A DNA stretch of 64,000 nucleotides from Phoronis australis (taxonomy: Eukaryota > Animalia > Phoronida): positions 761,648 through 825,647 of the forward strand of contig NMRA01000042.1 of NCBI GenBank assembly GCA_002633005.1, in the 5' to 3' direction. The position numbers were made by a program, and so were the translations under genes. Shown here one piece after another: positions 13,370 through 28,256 of this stretch (positions within the stretch are counted from its first letter, which is position 1; the number at the start of each line of letters is the position of its first letter). The notes under the pieces were generated by a model. The model was not told the DNA's origin. It saw only the letters and a list, made by a program, of their open reading frames with translations, and searched no databases.

Positions 13370-16300
13370 GTTCAAATGAGCTTGTTGTGATTGATGACGA
13401 TGGATTCACCTGGTCTTTGCACATGCGCAGTGACAAAATTGCCTCCTTGCCACGGGCCCGACTTAGAGTGGGTGCAGCATTTATGTAGGCTTACCGCTGT
13501 AATAAATATAGTAAAACAACGAAGAAAAAACTGACCGTTTTCACTCACAATGGAACGCACGCTTACATGCACATAAAATCATGCACAGTCAGTGTTTTGG
13601 GAAATTACTTTGGAATTGCTCGGCCAAAAAGTAACGTCGATGTGACGTCGGAATTCAGACATTGAATGAACATTTGATAACGTTGCCAGCCACGTGAACT
13701 CCGGGAAGACGTTAGCTGCGTACCAACTTTGAAAAACGTTTATTTTTGATATCGTGATTTATTCTCGCCGACGTCGCGACCTAAAAGAGACGTCGCACGG
13801 ACGTCATACTTGCCTGCTGGGATGAGTTCATACGGAATTCACCATTTCATTGTAAGAATAAACAATGCGCCACGCCGTTCAATTTACAAACGGATGGTAC
13901 TCCTGCGGTTTACGATATCAAACTCAATGAAAAAAGATTTTCAAGTGATACGTAAATGCGAATCTGCGGTTTTTTGGATTAATTTACTCTAATGAAACAA
14001 ATTATTGTATATTCAGTTAAAAGCCGCTATAAACTACGTAATGCTACTTTAGAAGTGGAGTCTCAGTGACACCACATAGTTTATGAGATTTTCGGACTTG
14101 CACGGCCAACTGATTGACGTACATCAAAATCAAAATAGAGCTACCCGACCGAATAAAAGCTGAGTTTTGATACCAATGAGTGTAATATTGGTTCTGTATT
14201 GTCAATCTAAATTCAAGGATCTGTATAAGAAATATGGAACACTTGATTTTGAATTTGGATACTGAGAATTCGAATTATAATGATTTCTGTAGAATCTTAC
14301 CTGGAGTTTCCAACTAAATTTGATTTTTGTATTTTAGCCAGCTAAGCTTTGTGAAATACAGCATTGTCTAAGATGCACATGCATACTTGTACGCTTCTGA
14401 CACCACACATAATATGATTAAAATGATTCAATCGACGATACCAGGAAAACAAATAGATTAATCCATTTCGCTATCAGATCCTCCACCACGAACGGCCATG
14501 ATTTTAGCCATCGACAAGGTGATTTGAATTAGAGTTGCGCCAGTCTAAAGTGTTTCAAAAGTTGAACTAATTCGGTGTTAAAATACACTATTCACTTCCC
14601 TTTCACAAAATCTAAAGTACGTGATAAGTTTCATCAATACAAGATGTCTCTAAAACAAGAAGAGCGTTTTCTATTACAACCTTGCATGCATTTGGGATTT
14701 ACTATCATTTTTTGAGAAATGAAACGTGAAAATGATATTTGCCTCTCTCATTGACTTGTGTACGACCAAAATTCAAAAGGTAAAACTAATTTTCAGATTT
14801 CGGAAATTTATGAAAATGAAATTTAGCTTCATTCAATTTTGTGGACAATAATGGTCCATAAAAATTGTTTAAACACTTCACAGTTACAAAACTGGACTTA
14901 CCCTTCGTGCGACGGTTGCGAACGCACTCCCCACCGGATTTGAGGTCCGCCTCAGCAAGCCGAAATGTGATTCATATTACCAGTAGACCTACCCTGCACT
15001 TTCTCACTTACATCAGTAATGCTCTTTTACTAAAAACTCTTTCCACTGCAAACGAATATTTGTCAGCTGTCATTAAAGTACACGAGAATGGTTGTCAGCT
15101 AATAGCAAACCTGGCAAATCTATGATGTTAGTATTTCCGAAAGCTTTGTGTGCAGCTCAAAATACAAACAAGACGTGTGAGATGGGAGGGGTTCATTCCT
15201 GTGGGCGCTCGCGGCACGTCATATTAACCCTGGGCACGCGCGTTATATAAACTGAGAAGATACACAGCAGTCCGACACACAACAATCAGATGGGTCGTCC
15301 TGAAATGCTCAAAAGGGCAAAGTTGTTGGCAACTATTGTGAATCAGTCCGACACGTCCAACGGCAACAACTGAGAGGCCCTGTAAAGCAAGATGGGCAGC
15401 GCGACACAGTGGCTTTCGCCATTTCCAACAGAAGTGTTTTTACACGGTGAAAGCCTTTGACACTGTTGCCCACAGACAAACAGCATTCTATATTACCCAG
15501 AATTTGCGGACAGATGGGGTACAAATTGCTGACAGACTGTTCACTGCTATCGGCTACCACGACGTTTGATTTTATTATCAGATTTCTGAGTCAGTATCTA
15601 TCAAACCTAAACGACGGTTACGGTAACAATAAAATGTCCAAATTTTGCTCGATTTAAATTTTCACGATAGAACCTCAAAAACAGTGTTACGTTTTGTGAA
15701 TTATCACCGCTTCATTTTTGTTTTATCCAACTTTTAAATTTTTCATAAAAACACAAAGGTCCTAATTTTGGATAGTTTCTAATAAAAAAGTGGATCATTT
15801 TAAAAACGATTCTTAACTGCACTTTGGAGAACAGTGCACAAAAAATAGTATCTGAAAGTTTTAAATTAACCGATCGGCCACATCCGAAATACGATGTTTC
15901 AAAATTAGCCAAATTTGGCCATTTTTCTAAACGTTTGACAAGAACTTTGCGTGCCTGATATTTTAAGAAAAGTAGTGGTATTTTGTAGCCAATTAGCTAT
16001 TCTTTTTCCTAATGCATGCATTTGTTCAACTTAACTCGCTCTGCATCTCTGAGGACAGTAAGCTAGCTGCTTTATTATAGACACATGTCAATTTCCTTAG
16101 ATTTTGTCATTGTATTCTGCATTGTAACTCAGAAATGGCGATTTCAGTGAACTATTAAAGTTTCGATCCTGAGTTACCCGACTGCCAATTTCTTCAACAC
16201 ACATTGCATGTATATTTTTAGCTTTGAAAATGAGTCTTCCGGGTAAAACGAGAGACAAGAAGCCACAGCCTAACAAACTACCTTGAACACTGCCCCTAGC

Positions 16301-17883
16301 CACACAAAAATCAGGTATTTTTCTTTTTCCTTCATTTCCAGTTATGGATAGTTTGGGCCAAAGCATAATAAACTCATGGAACGTCTCGTGAAGTACGGGG
16401 GATTTTCATGTGACGAGGGTAGCAGTTTACATTGATGATTGAAGTGCGGGTTTGGTCCGCTTCCAACCCCCTGGGTGTAGGCACATTATGATGAACAAAC
16501 GTCTTGCGTCGGTTATAATTATTTTTCTATACTTCATTATGATTGAAGTTACCAATAACTAATAGGGTACTTTTTATTTTGCCAACTAGTTTTAGGTGAC
16601 CACAGGTATGTTCGACAGAAATCCTAGATCCCTGCTTTGGCAGGATTCCCAAGACATTCAGTCACGACATCCTGGGGTGCTTTCCGTAAACACAAGTATC
16701 AAGGCAGCTAGGCTTCCTTGCCAGTGCCCCGCACGGACCTGCCTTGAAACTCGCACAATCTTGGCTTTACATTTTAGTTAACTGCGGAAGTCCTTTCTTC
16801 ACAGTCGTAAGTCGTCCCTTTCCAGTGAATACATGTGAAGAATGCAATGATTACCATAGTCAGTACAGGCGTGCTCACGATAATATTAAGCAAAGAAAAT
16901 CAATCACAAGTCTTGGCTTCACCGTCGGCCTTACACGTATACTACTCCGACAATTATAATTACAAAAAAACACAAGGCGTGGAGGGGGGTCTGCACAAGC
17001 AGTGTCATGTACAAGTGAAATTCCTTTGAAAGAAGTACAAACATCAGTTTTGGCTACTACAGGAAGTTTTAATGAGAAGTGAACGGGTGGGTGAATTTCG
17101 CAAATTTTGAGTGAGATTTTGATGTGGGCATTTTTCAACTGAAGAGTCTTGGGTAACCTTTTCAGTTTTCGGTCACGATTCGTAGGCCTTGTGAAATGGT
17201 CTGGCCGCACCTATTCGCATTTTTTGCTGACCCCGACTGTCGACTCTTGTCAAAAGGCACAGAAAAAGCAGCTTTTATACACCAGCTTTAGTTGTTCATG
17301 TTGGTGTATCTCCCATGACACTGACTCGGGTATCAAAACAAATTCATTTAACATAATCTTCAGAAATAAGCCAAAAGTTTGAATTCCAAGAAAAAGAATT
17401 TCTTGAACGTTTTGCGCCAAAGTGAAAGATCAAAATATTATCCTTGCATCTGAATCCAGGCGCTATGGTAAGTGCCTATTGTAATCCCAAACACCAAAAA
17501 GTATTCTTAGCAGCGGGGGAGGCAGCGGTGGCAGCAGCCGCAGCTGCCAACAAGCGGTTCTCTGCCCGAATATTAGCACTGTTGTCGTCTACATACTAGA
17601 AACATGTCTCCAAAAATTTCAGGAATATCAGTCATGGAGACAGAGAAGCCACACCAGACGGTTCCAACACGCAACGATGGCGGCAGTCAGCAAACTCACA
17701 GTGTTGGATTCATTGGCGGAAAACAAGAAAAAGCTTCTAGTGGAAGAAATTTATTACAATCATCACACCTAAAACATTCTACAGTACATTCCTAATGAAC
17801 AGAGCTTTTCTAAAGTTGTATTGTAAATTGCAATATAAGCCAAGGCCATTATGCAATAATCATTCGTGACACTCCTAAGAATC

Positions 17884-18024
17884 GGGGCCCAGTTGCATAA
17901 AAGTTATCCCCTGTATAGCAACAATAATGGGGCACCAGTTGTTATGGTTGAACAATGTAACTGACCTCATGCAACAATCAAACTTATTCAGGGGATAACT
18001 TTGAAGTTTTATGCAACTCAGCCC
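17884..18024. mobile_element. Short MITE
   Basis: Inverted ends GGGCCCAGTTGCATAAAAGTTATCCCCTG / CAGGGGATAACTTT…TTTTATGCAACTCAGCCC. Confidence 0.65.
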
Positions 18025-18814
18025 AGATGATCTAACAACAAGGATATCAGAACAATTTTAACTGTATTGTAATACCCGTATGTAGAGAAACTAAACTTTG
18101 TGTTTGGAATGTTTCCCAATACATTACAAAAAAATTAAAATTCACCATATACCTCAGTTTCATGATCAAAATTTTAACACCCCATTGTACAACAATCAAT
18201 AGAACTGATAAAATATATCACATACACATAGCAAAAATTTGATCCAACAAATTTATAAATACCTTATCAATGTAACCTGAGTTTATAGTGTCCTTTTCCA
18301 TGGTAGCAATTGTTCTTAATTTCTTCAAACATATTTTTTCCTCAGGAGCTACATTTCCTTTTATTTGTCACCATGACATAGCTATGTTCTGACAGAGCAG
18401 CACCACTGAATTAAGCCTTCAAGCTAGTAGGACGAGTTGGATGGAAAGTTAGACTTACAGAGATGCCACATTTTTACATCCATTTCCCACTGAGTGACAA
18501 GAAGGGGACCCTGCAAGTGACTATTGCCACTTTTTCCAATCAGTCATCAAAATACCACTGTTGTGCAGCGCACGTGAGATAACCAAATGATTCACTCAAA
18601 GAACTCCCAAGAATTCCAATATCGCAAAATGATTCAGTAAGAGAAACATAAACTTCATCAAGTCAGATTCTCTTCTACAGCAGTTTGTGCCAAATTTCAT
18701 AATGGTCCATTAAGAACTTTGGCACCTACAGAAGATGCCAAAAACTTAGGGGTGCACAATACAAAGAATTTATCTGCAATTGAAAGGGCGTGGTTGCCCT
18801 ACAAGAAATGTAAC

Positions 18815-20301
18815 GCCGAGTTTTGAAATGCGTCCACAAATGCACCACAAATGGTGTGCTTTTGTTTATTTGTATCATAAAAATGGTGCAGAAACATCCA
18901 ATCCATCCAAAAACGGGAACATGCTATTGCTTCCTTGACACAAAGCTATTTACCAAATTTCATAAAATCTGTCAAGGAACTTCAGAGAAACAAAGACCAA
19001 ACAAAATGAAATTGCCGCCAGGAGGCACAGCGTTTGTTGGATCGGGCTGAAAGTCCTTGCTGTCTGTTATTAGTTTCATATAAATACACTTACTAAATTT
19101 AATAAAGGTCCTGCAGTGGGCTTAGGAGATACAGCTATGAGTGCAAAACAAAACAAAACTACCACTAGGAGGCGCCACAGTAATCGAAGTCTTCATCGCC
19201 AACTGTCGTCTTCACACTGAGAACATATACGCCAATTTTCAAAACTGTCTTTAGAATGGTTTGGTTGATATAGAGATGTGGACAGACTGAAAACAGAAAA
19301 AAATGGCCACTAGGTGGTACAAAATACCTCGATTCCATCCAAAATCAAAAGGATAGCGTCATCTCACCAATAGAAGCCTCTAGTCAAAATTTTATGAAAA
19401 TCCGTTGAGGACCTTTGAAATTACAGACTGACCTAAACGTAAAAAAGCCCTAAAATTGCCTGTAGGGGGCACACCAGTAGTCAGATCCGTCTGTAAGTTG
19501 TCGTAGTCCGTTGTCAACATCATAACACTTGCTAACGGTTTAGGGTAGATAGGCATGGGCGCAAAAAACAAACTGCGACTAGGAGGCGCCACAGTAGTCA
19601 AAATGGTCGGAAAATCATCGTCAGCCATGTTGAAGACCTTTGTAGACACAGGGGTAAAAAAAAATATAAAAATTGCCACTAGGGGACTCACCAGTAGTCA
19701 GATCCGCTGAAACATCGTCATTGTCCGTTTTCAAAATCATATAAACATACCTGCTAAATTTAGTAAAGATCCTGCAAACAGTTAAGGAGACACAGTCATG
19801 GGCGCAAAAAACAAAACTGCCACAACGAGGCGCCACAGTAGTCGAAGTTATCGGAAAATCATTGTCTGCCATCTTCTTCATAGTAAAAACAAACATGCCA
19901 ATTTTTTATTACTCTTTCAACGGTTTGATTGATAGAGGGGTGGACGCCAAAATAACAGACTTGATAACAGTAAAAATGGCCATTAGGTGGCGCAACTACA
20001 TCAAATCCATCCGAAAACGGGAAGATAGTGTCATCTTTCTAATAGATGCCTATATGTCAAATTTTATGAAAATAGGATGAGTACCTTTGAAGACAGAGGT
20101 AAACGTAAAAAAATAAAATTGCCACTAGGGGGCACACCGGTAGTTGGATCCGTCCAAAAGCTTGCTCATGCCGTTCCATTCGTGAAAGAAATACATGTGC
20201 GAAATTTCATGAATGATACGCTAAACGATTTTGGAGATAGAGCAGCTATACAGAGATGACGGCATAATGCGTCCACATATAAATATGTGGGGGCATAAAA
20301 A
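18815..20301 (+). mobile_element. HINE-like element copy with degenerate left end
   Basis: TTGAAATGCGTCCAC... near 18823, the same internal units, and a right end GACGGCATAATGCGTCCACATATAAATATGTGGGGGCATAAAAA. Confidence 0.78.
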
Positions 20302-20514
20302 CTAAGCGGATCTGTTAGAAAGTGGTCAACATCCTTGTGATATTAGAAAGAACACACGAATTTCAAAAAGATCCAAAAGGGGTTTATAGGAAATACAACT
20401 ACGGACGTCAGACATTGTCTGTCAGACGTTGTACATTGATAACAATATGCACTCACATAATTTGGCAACATGAAAATACGAAACATCTAAAAATAAAAGC
20501 TGACAAGCAATTAA

Positions 20515-22392
20515 AACAAGAGCAACGCAGAGCATTGAAATGCGCCCACGAATGCATTGCAAATGGTGTGCTTTTAGGGTTATCTATTTGTATCATAAAA
20601 ATGGCCACTAGATGGCACAAAAACAATTAATCCAAAAACAGGGGTGTTTACTTACACTATCCTAAAAATGGCCACTACATGGAGCAAAATAAGTCAAATC
20701 CATATGAAAGCGAAAGCACGTCATGGTTTCTTTAATAGAAAGCTATTTACCAAAGCTCATAAAAATCCGTTAAGGAGCTTCAGAGCAACAGGGGAAAATA
20801 GAAAAAATTGCCACTAGGGGGCAGAGTTCGTCGGATCCATTTGAAAGTCGTTGTCCGTTGTCGACTTATACACGTGCTAAATTTAACAAAGATCCTGCAG
20901 TGGGTTTAGGAGATACAGCTATGGAAGCAAAAAAAAACAAAACTGCAACTAGGAGGTGCCACAGTAGTCAAAGTCATTGCAAAATCACCGTCAACCATCC
21001 TCTTCACACTAATAACAAATATGCCAATTTTCATAATCATCCTTAGGGCAGTACGGTCCATTGAGGGGCGAACGACAAAAAGCAGACTCAAAAACAGTAA
21101 AGTGGCCACTAGATGGTGCAAAATACGTCGAATCCATCCAAAAACTGGAATATGTCATCACTTCTTTACTAGAAAGCTATTTATTAAGTTTCAGAAAAAC
21201 AGAGGAAAATAATACAATTGCCACTAGGGGGCACAGCGATCGTCGGATATTTTTCAAAGTCGTTGCCCGTTGTCAACTTCATATAATTACTCTTCCTAAA
21301 TTTAATAAAGCACCTGCAGTGGATTTAGGAGATACAGCTATGGGCGCAAAAACGTATCACAAGGAGGCGCCAAAATAGTCAGTTATCCGAAAATCACCGT
21401 CAGCCGTCATCTTCACAATAAAAACATATATGCCAATTTTTAAAATCATCCATAGAGTGGTTCAGTTGACAGAGGGGTGAATGCCAAAAACAGCAAAATG
21501 GCCATTATGTGGCACAAAAGAAATTGCACCCTCAACCGTCATATTCACAGTAAGAACATACATGCCAATTTTCAAAATCATCCTTAAAGTGGTTCGGTTG
21601 GCAAAGGGATGAATGCCAAAAAACAGCAAAAGTGGACACTAGGTGGTGAAAAAGAAATTGAAATCGTTATCTCTCAAATAAATGCTTACCTGTGAAAATT
21701 TTATGAAAATCTGATGAGGAAGTTTTAAGATACAGAGGTAAACGTAAAAACCTAAAATTGCCACTAGGTGGTACGCCAGTAGTCCAATCCATTGAAGTCA
21801 TCATCATCCTTTGTCAACTTCATATAAATACTCTTACTAAATTTAATAGATATCCTGCAGAGCTTTTACCAGACATAGCCATAGGCGCAAAAATCAAACA
21901 AAAGTATCACTAGGAGGCGCCATAGTAGTCAAAGTCGTCCGAAAATCATCGTCAGCCGCCTTCTTTACAGTAAGAACATACACGAGAACTTTAAAAACCA
22001 TCCTTAGCGTGGTTTGGTTGATAGAAGGGTGGATGCCAAAAAACAGACACAAAACAGTAAAAATGGCCACTAGGTAGCTCAAAAATATGAATCCATTCAA
22101 AAACAGGATGATAGCGTCACGGTCATCTCATAAATAGATGCCTATAAGCCAAGTTTCGTGAAAATCTGTTGGGGACCTTTGAAGATACAGAGGTAAACAT
22201 AAAAAACTAAAATTGCCACTAGGTGGCACACCAGTAGTCAGGTCTGTCTGAAATTTGTCATCTTCCGTCAGCTTCACATAGCAACACATCTGCAAAATCT
22301 CCTCAAGATCCTGTGAGGGGTTTAGGAGATATACACTAGTAGACGCCCGACATCCGGACAGACAGTGATATATATATATATATATATATATG
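20515..22392 (+). mobile_element. HINE-like element copy with variant right end (GGAC/GACA then (TA)n)
   Basis: Starts AACAAGAGCAACGCAGAGCATTGAAATGCGCCCAC, has multiple internal units, and ends in CCGGACAGACAG followed by a TA microsatellite. Confidence 0.78.
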
Positions 22393-23971
22393 TAGTCACA
22401 TAATAAGTGAGTGCAATCACCAGTCAGCAAAACTTGGAAAAGAAATGTGCGACACTTCCATGGCATTGTGACTGCAATAACACAATGTTGAGAGAATCAA
22501 AAATTGTTCAATAGTCCTGAACAGCCAAGGCAAAGCCTGGCTATGGCACTAATACAACATATTTTCAATCTACGAAGTGATAACATGATTTCAATGAAAA
22601 TAAATTTTTCACAGTGTAATGCAAACAGCAAATTCAAGTCAATTAAAGGTAAAATACATCATTCAGGTTGTAAAAATAACGCACAAGCAGCTCATGAACT
22701 CTACACATAATAACACAACACTCATTCAAGGGAATATATTGACACAACATCTACATTTGAGAGAAATTGAAATACAATTACAAGTAGAAAGCACCAGATG
22801 CATTTCTTTGTGCCTCCCAGTAATCCTTCCTAACTATAAGCAAAAACCAAATTGGCAAAAGAGAAGTTTACAAAATGATGACACATACCGATAGTTCATA
22901 CAAACGCTTGCATTCTAAAACGAGCAACACGAGGATTGCAGAGATACAGCACACGACACGAGACATCCTATAGTGCATCCACATTTAATATGGGGCAAAA
23001 AGAAGAAAACCCAGTAACAGCATAACATAAAAATGCACAAAGGGAAAATTGTAGCTATGCTCCCTTACATTATGGTGCTTTAAGATTGGTAAAAATGACT
23101 ACTCACCAACATTTGAGAGCAACTTATGAATTCTAAGGCAAAAATGCTTCAGTTCGGGACGAAATATGTCACACAGGTGAAATTTCGTTTTTGTCAAATT
23201 TCTCAACAAAACTACTTTTTCAGGAAAATTTATTTGCTTTTATCATGGTTTGTATGGTGTAGTTATTACCAAACATTTGGTAAAATATTGAGCATTTGCA
23301 ACAATGTGGTAAGCCTCCGAGAAATAGAAATAAGTCAACTTTAGCCATTAGTTTTGTCCAAATTGAAGAATTTTGACCGTAACACCTGGCAATTCCTTTG
23401 TGTGCCCTGACTCGGTGTATATCGACGGTTCTTTCAAATGCAAGCTTGTTAAGCTTATTAATGCAACCATTATGCACCAGCTAAGTTTTGAAAAGCATAA
23501 AGCAAATGACTGAGATCAGTATGGCCTATTTAATGTCAGCTATATGCAGGTATTTCAAAACCCTTTTTTTCAATAACTGCAGGCGGTCTGGCACAGGTTG
23601 TACCTGACGTGCGCAAACCGCCCATGTGAGCCCACAAGCACTTATCACTTGGAACCATTTTTATGCTTCATTAACATATAGTTAAAACTGAGCTGAGGAG
23701 CTAGAAACCTGACTCAAGGGTTAAGCAATGTGGCACAGTGAGACAAATGCATAAAAACCCATTTACTTAAACATAATTACTTCCTGTACAGAACAAAATA
23801 TTCTATAAGATTGTAATACTTCAGTATACATGTAACTACGACAACCTCCCCTTTTAGTTTTCTTTTAAAAACAACCCGTCTAAGGTTTTGCAAAAATGTA
23901 GAGACAATACTGCCTCAGCTCCAGGGTTTGTATTAAATAGTCTCAAGCATGACCTTTCCTTGACCTGAAGC

Positions 23972-24132
23972 CATGGGTGGATCCAGGATTTTGAGTTAGG
24001 GGGCCAGCGCAGAGTATTAGCCAGGATTTTGCCCATCAGACATTCACACCCCCGAACTGCCAAATGTAATCTGAGAATTTTAGGGGGGGGGGNGGCATGG
24101 CCCCCTTGGCCCCCCCGCTAAATCTGCCACTG
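23972..24132. mobile_element. Short MITE (hAT-like termini) with 5-bp TSD
   Basis: Termini CATGGGTGGATCCAGG … CTAAATCTGCCACTG form an imperfect IR. GAAGC is repeated on both sides (23967-23971 and 24133-24137). Confidence 0.6.
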
Positions 24133-24451
24133 GAAGCCACATTATCAGCAAGAAAAGTGATTGCTAAGATTATACCCAGTGCGTATTTGAACCTAGAACT
24201 TTTGTGCTTGCAAACAAACGTTCCACTACCGGTGCTAAATCTACATGTAAATTACACTGTATTTTTAACTTATGTACTTAACTGATACAGTCACCAGTCT
24301 TGATTTCAGCAAATGTCTGGCAGAAAATGGAGACTAGGTGATTTGTTTTTTCATAGTTCTGGTCAAAGCTTCAAAAAGTCTAACCCATTCATAAATAATT
24401 CCAAGCATTTTGGGTTGTATAAACTATAACCCTTTTACCGGTTGTCTGTGA

Positions 24452-24499
24452 TTATCTTCTGTCAACAACAACTCTAGGAGCTCCATGCAACTTCCACAA
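24452..24499 (-). CDS. Caspase-fold peptidase, probable terminal coding exon
   Basis: Acceptor TTTTGTATGTTTTCAG| in phase 0; encodes LWKLHGAPRVVVDRR* (TAA at 24454-24452). Support is splice signal and phase only. Confidence 0.5.
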   Translation of the reverse strand: MWKLHGAPRVVVDRR

Positions 24500-26005
24500 C
24501 TGAAAACATACAAAATAGAACAAATACCTGGTAAGTAAAAATACAGACTGGAAGTTGGAAGTCAAAAGAAGAGGCATTGAATGATTTGTGAGTTAACGAA
24601 ACAAATGGAGAAGTACTTGACAAACAGTGCAGTTACAATGGGCAACAAGTTCTTGGAAAGTGATTAGCTCATTTTTTTTTGGCATATAAATTAGAAGCAG
24701 AGATGGGGCAATCTTGTCTAAGTAAAATCGCTTGGGTAAAAATTGCAAAACAAATCATAGAACTCTAGCCCAGGAATGCAAACTCATGCACATGACCAAT
24801 GTATTTTATTGTCAAAGCTTGTGAATCCTAGTCACGAGAATTTTCAATGTATGAATTTCTGGCAGTCTGCTCAACTGAGTTTTGATGGAGTGTTGTAGTA
24901 ATCAAATCAAGCCTAATTTCATAACTTCATTTTCATTTTGACATTTTTGTTCATCAAGTGAGACTTTTGAGCAACGGTTCTAGACAACTAGCGATTTCCT
25001 GGCAAAATTAGTCAACAAACCCGACAATTACATCGATCACTTTCTATACCCACCGACCCGTGACACAGGGCGGATACCGAGAATAGTCTGGAACCTGATA
25101 TCGTTTCATCTCCAGTAATAGAACCATTTTGGACGACCTACCGAACAACATGCTACCAGCTTTTCAACAAGACATTTTTGGGTGTTAAAATCATGTTAGC
25201 ACGCCACGGAAAGAAGATACATTTGGCTTGTGAGTGTTTGTTCTGCAGTAAATGAATAGTTTAGCCCCTACTAGAAGGCGTTTTTACACAACTTTCGAAA
25301 AACACTTGCCGATCTGTCTAAAAAATGACCTGTTGTGACAGCGGTTAACGTCAAATACCTCTGTTTCAAGTTTCATTGAAATCCATTAATTATAGTTCCC
25401 CCAAAGGAGCTGAACAAGAGCAATACAAAGCAGTGCTAAAATTCGACCAAAAACCAAATTATGCATGGAAATTGCCGTAACATTTTTCAAAATCTGTTAA
25501 TTCTCTAGAAACTAATTTTTCCAAAAATTACTGAAATACCCCACACCTTAGCACTAGGAGGAGAACATTGACAAATGACAAGTAACACCCCATTGCCAAA
25601 TTTCATCGAAATATCATCAGTTTTTTTCAAGATATCAAATATCAAGCAGACAACTGGGGTCTGTTTCATGAAAAGTGACTTACGATTTAAGACTGAAATT
25701 TGGTCTTATGTTTAATTGAAATCTTTCCATCAATTATCTAGAAATCAACCCTAAATGCTCTCATGCGATACAACACTGAGAAGGATATTGCTCCCTTGGC
25801 CATGGGGGAAGGGTAGATTAAAGAGTGGCAGGCACCATCCTTGTGTTGCTATTTACCAATATCCCAAATTTCATTAATATTCAACTGTGTGTTTTATGAT
25901 TTCAAGCAGACAACTGCACAAGACGACAACAATATGTGACCAGACGCACGAATGTGCACATACAAATACACACACATATCTGGGCGCAGGAAAACAAAAA
26001 CTCAC

Positions 26006-26073
26006 TTCTTTCACTTGATCCATATCTAAGTTGCCCTTTACTATATATCTTTCAGAACAACTGTATTCTCCAT
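26006..26073 (-). CDS. Caspase-fold peptidase, probable downstream exon
   Basis: Acceptor TTTTATTTTAG| and donor |GTGAGT; 68 nt, phase 1-0, compatible with the preceding phase-1 donor. It encodes YGEYSCSERYIVKGNLDMDQVKE. Confidence 0.65.
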
Positions 26074-26954
26074 CTAAAATAAAATCCAAGTACAAGTTTT
26101 TATGTCAAATAAAAATACATCTAAGATTAACCTAATATTCCTAAAATAAATCAGTCAAATCATTTCAGAAATCAATGCTCGGTTATCAACATTTAAACTA
26201 CTTATTGAATGTTTTATAACGGAGAAAAGTTTGACTTACAAGTCCAGTTACCACAACAAATCAATTTTTGTTTTACATGCAAGAGGAAAAACAAATTAGA
26301 ACTACAAAAGTTGGATATTAATACATATGATTCATTGGTTATCTACGGTTACATGGCAGTACTCCAAAGGTACTCTAAGTCTGAAGTTGCACTAGTCCGA
26401 AGGAGTGCATGTTTCTGTGTACATGATTCTTCCATGCGCCACTGAATGAACTCAGCGTTTGAACTCGTGTGACATTGATGACAGTACTTGGTGCTTAACA
26501 CCTATCAGAAGCTTTTGCCATGAAAAAAAGAAGCAAAACGAATAACGTTATCATTGTTGACCATGAATTATGGCTCGATCATTAAACTTGCAAAAATTTG
26601 AGTCGCAAAAGCTGACGCACAGAGGTGAACGTTCCCTTTCACCAAAAATCTCAAATCAAGCCATTGATTTGACTTGATTTTCGTGATGATTTTCGGGCAC
26701 ATCAGTGAGCTTCGTAGAATGCCAACAAATTTTGAAATCAACATTTTATGGGTCAGTTCCGTCATGTTTGTACACCTTTAGTCTCTAGTGCGCCTTCAGA
26801 CCAGTGCCTCTTTGGACCAGTGCACTTTCGGACGAGTGAGCTGCTCCCAATTCCTACTCTTTTAATGGAACTCCTGCAATTTCGTAGGCCTAAATCAACT
26901 ACCTGGCATCCATCCATGCTCACACAGATTACATTGACCTAAACAAATACTTAC

Positions 26955-27661
26955 AGTCATGTTTGTAGCTTTCCAGAACTTCATTTATGAATTTATCTAC
27001 GTTTTGGATGCTTTGTGCCTTGTCTTCCCTCAAATAGACTTCATGCATTACTGTTTTTTCTTCTTCTTCACCAGCTGGAACTTCTAAATAAACCAAGTGG
27101 TCTGACATATGGCCAAACGAATATACCAATGGCAGTTCTGCACAGGCAACTTCACCAGAGCAAGCAGGTGCTGGCCTTATGCCAGCCGTCATCAGCTTGA
27201 TACACAATTGATTCCAGCCTATATAACCAAGGCCATCTCCTTCCTGAGGTGTAAGGCACCTAATCAAATGGTTGGTGAATTGACTGTTGTACTCACCACA
27301 GCCTGCTCCGAAGGCCATTTGTTCAAAATCGCTGGCTGCAATTATACGGCACGAGGTCTTTGTCTTGGTTATCTTGAATTGCAACTTAGGTTGCAAAGCT
27401 CGACAACAGTCCATAAATAGAACAACATCTGCATTCTTTGTATTTGACATTATGTCTCGTAACTTATTTGGTGGCAAGATATCTTCTAATAATAAAAGAT
27501 TTTTATTAGCATGGCCTGAGTAGAAGAATATCAGTCTCTTTCGTTTGCTGCAATCCAACTCATTCATTTTCTTTATTACTTGCTTCAGCTTTTCCTGTAC
27601 GGGAGATGCAGTAAGGTTTTGCTTTTCAGTTTCCCACGTCAGAAATGTTACATTTGATTCC
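26955..27661 (-). CDS. Caspase-fold (C14-like) peptidase, catalytic exon
   Basis: Acceptor TTTTTTTTCAG| at 27662/27661 and donor T|GTAAGT at 26955/26954; 707 nt open. It contains LIFFYSGHA (catalytic His), VVLFMDCCRA (catalytic Cys) and IIAASDFEQMAF...SQFTNHLIRCL (p10-like strand and helix). Confidence 0.88.
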
Positions 27662-28256
27662 CTGAAAAAAAAAACTTACAAGAGTAAGCACCAACAGGTT
27701 CAGGCTATCAGCTAGAAGGACTTCACAAAATTAAATTCAAAGAATCCAGAATTTTCTCTTGCCATCTAATACATGACAAAATCCGTGTTCAGCGAGTTAT
27801 ACCACATCAAATTCATTGAACTCAGTTGTAATACTGGTAATACTTACGGGCAAAACAGCAAAATTAATCAAGCTTAAACATATACCATTTCATTTCAGAC
27901 TTAAGTGCAACATTATTAACTTCTCACAATGATTTTCCTCATATGCACAAGTGACACTGAATGAGTTAAAAAGAGCTCATGTATACATACAATATATGGC
28001 ACCATTAGCTAAGTTTGCTTCGTAGACAAGTGAGCATAGCAATGAACGGCATCATTGAAATGTGCTCACAGTGCACCACAAAGAGAATGTTTCTAGGGGT
28101 GTTCATTGCTTTCATGTACCATTATCAGACTACTGTGTCCACTATGATATACCACCTATCACCTCTCTGTCAAGGTCAACAAAAATACAACTTCTTTGAA
28201 TACAATCAATGGACATTGAAAATCAGGCCCACATCTAAAATGGCGAACAGGAGATG

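Noticed and set aside
18262-18510. Exon-like minus-strand segments with AG/GT boundaries
   Set aside because: They are short, have no recognisable homology, contain an in-frame stop and cannot be linked to a gene.
18823-22466. Many short ORFs with recurring peptides (KMATRW, TTVAPPSG)
   Set aside because: They are chance translations of the non-coding HINE array, with frequent stops and frameshifts between copies.
26348-26501. Possible extra exon of the protease gene (VLSTKYCHQCH…STAM*)
   Set aside because: The long frame needs a phase-0 acceptor but the upstream donor is phase 1, and the acceptor is weaker than the one at 26073.
26929-27567. Bacterial contamination as the source of the caspase-like ORF
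   Set aside because: The domain is split by phase-compatible spliceosomal introns, one of which contains a host repeat, and base composition looks similar to the flanks.
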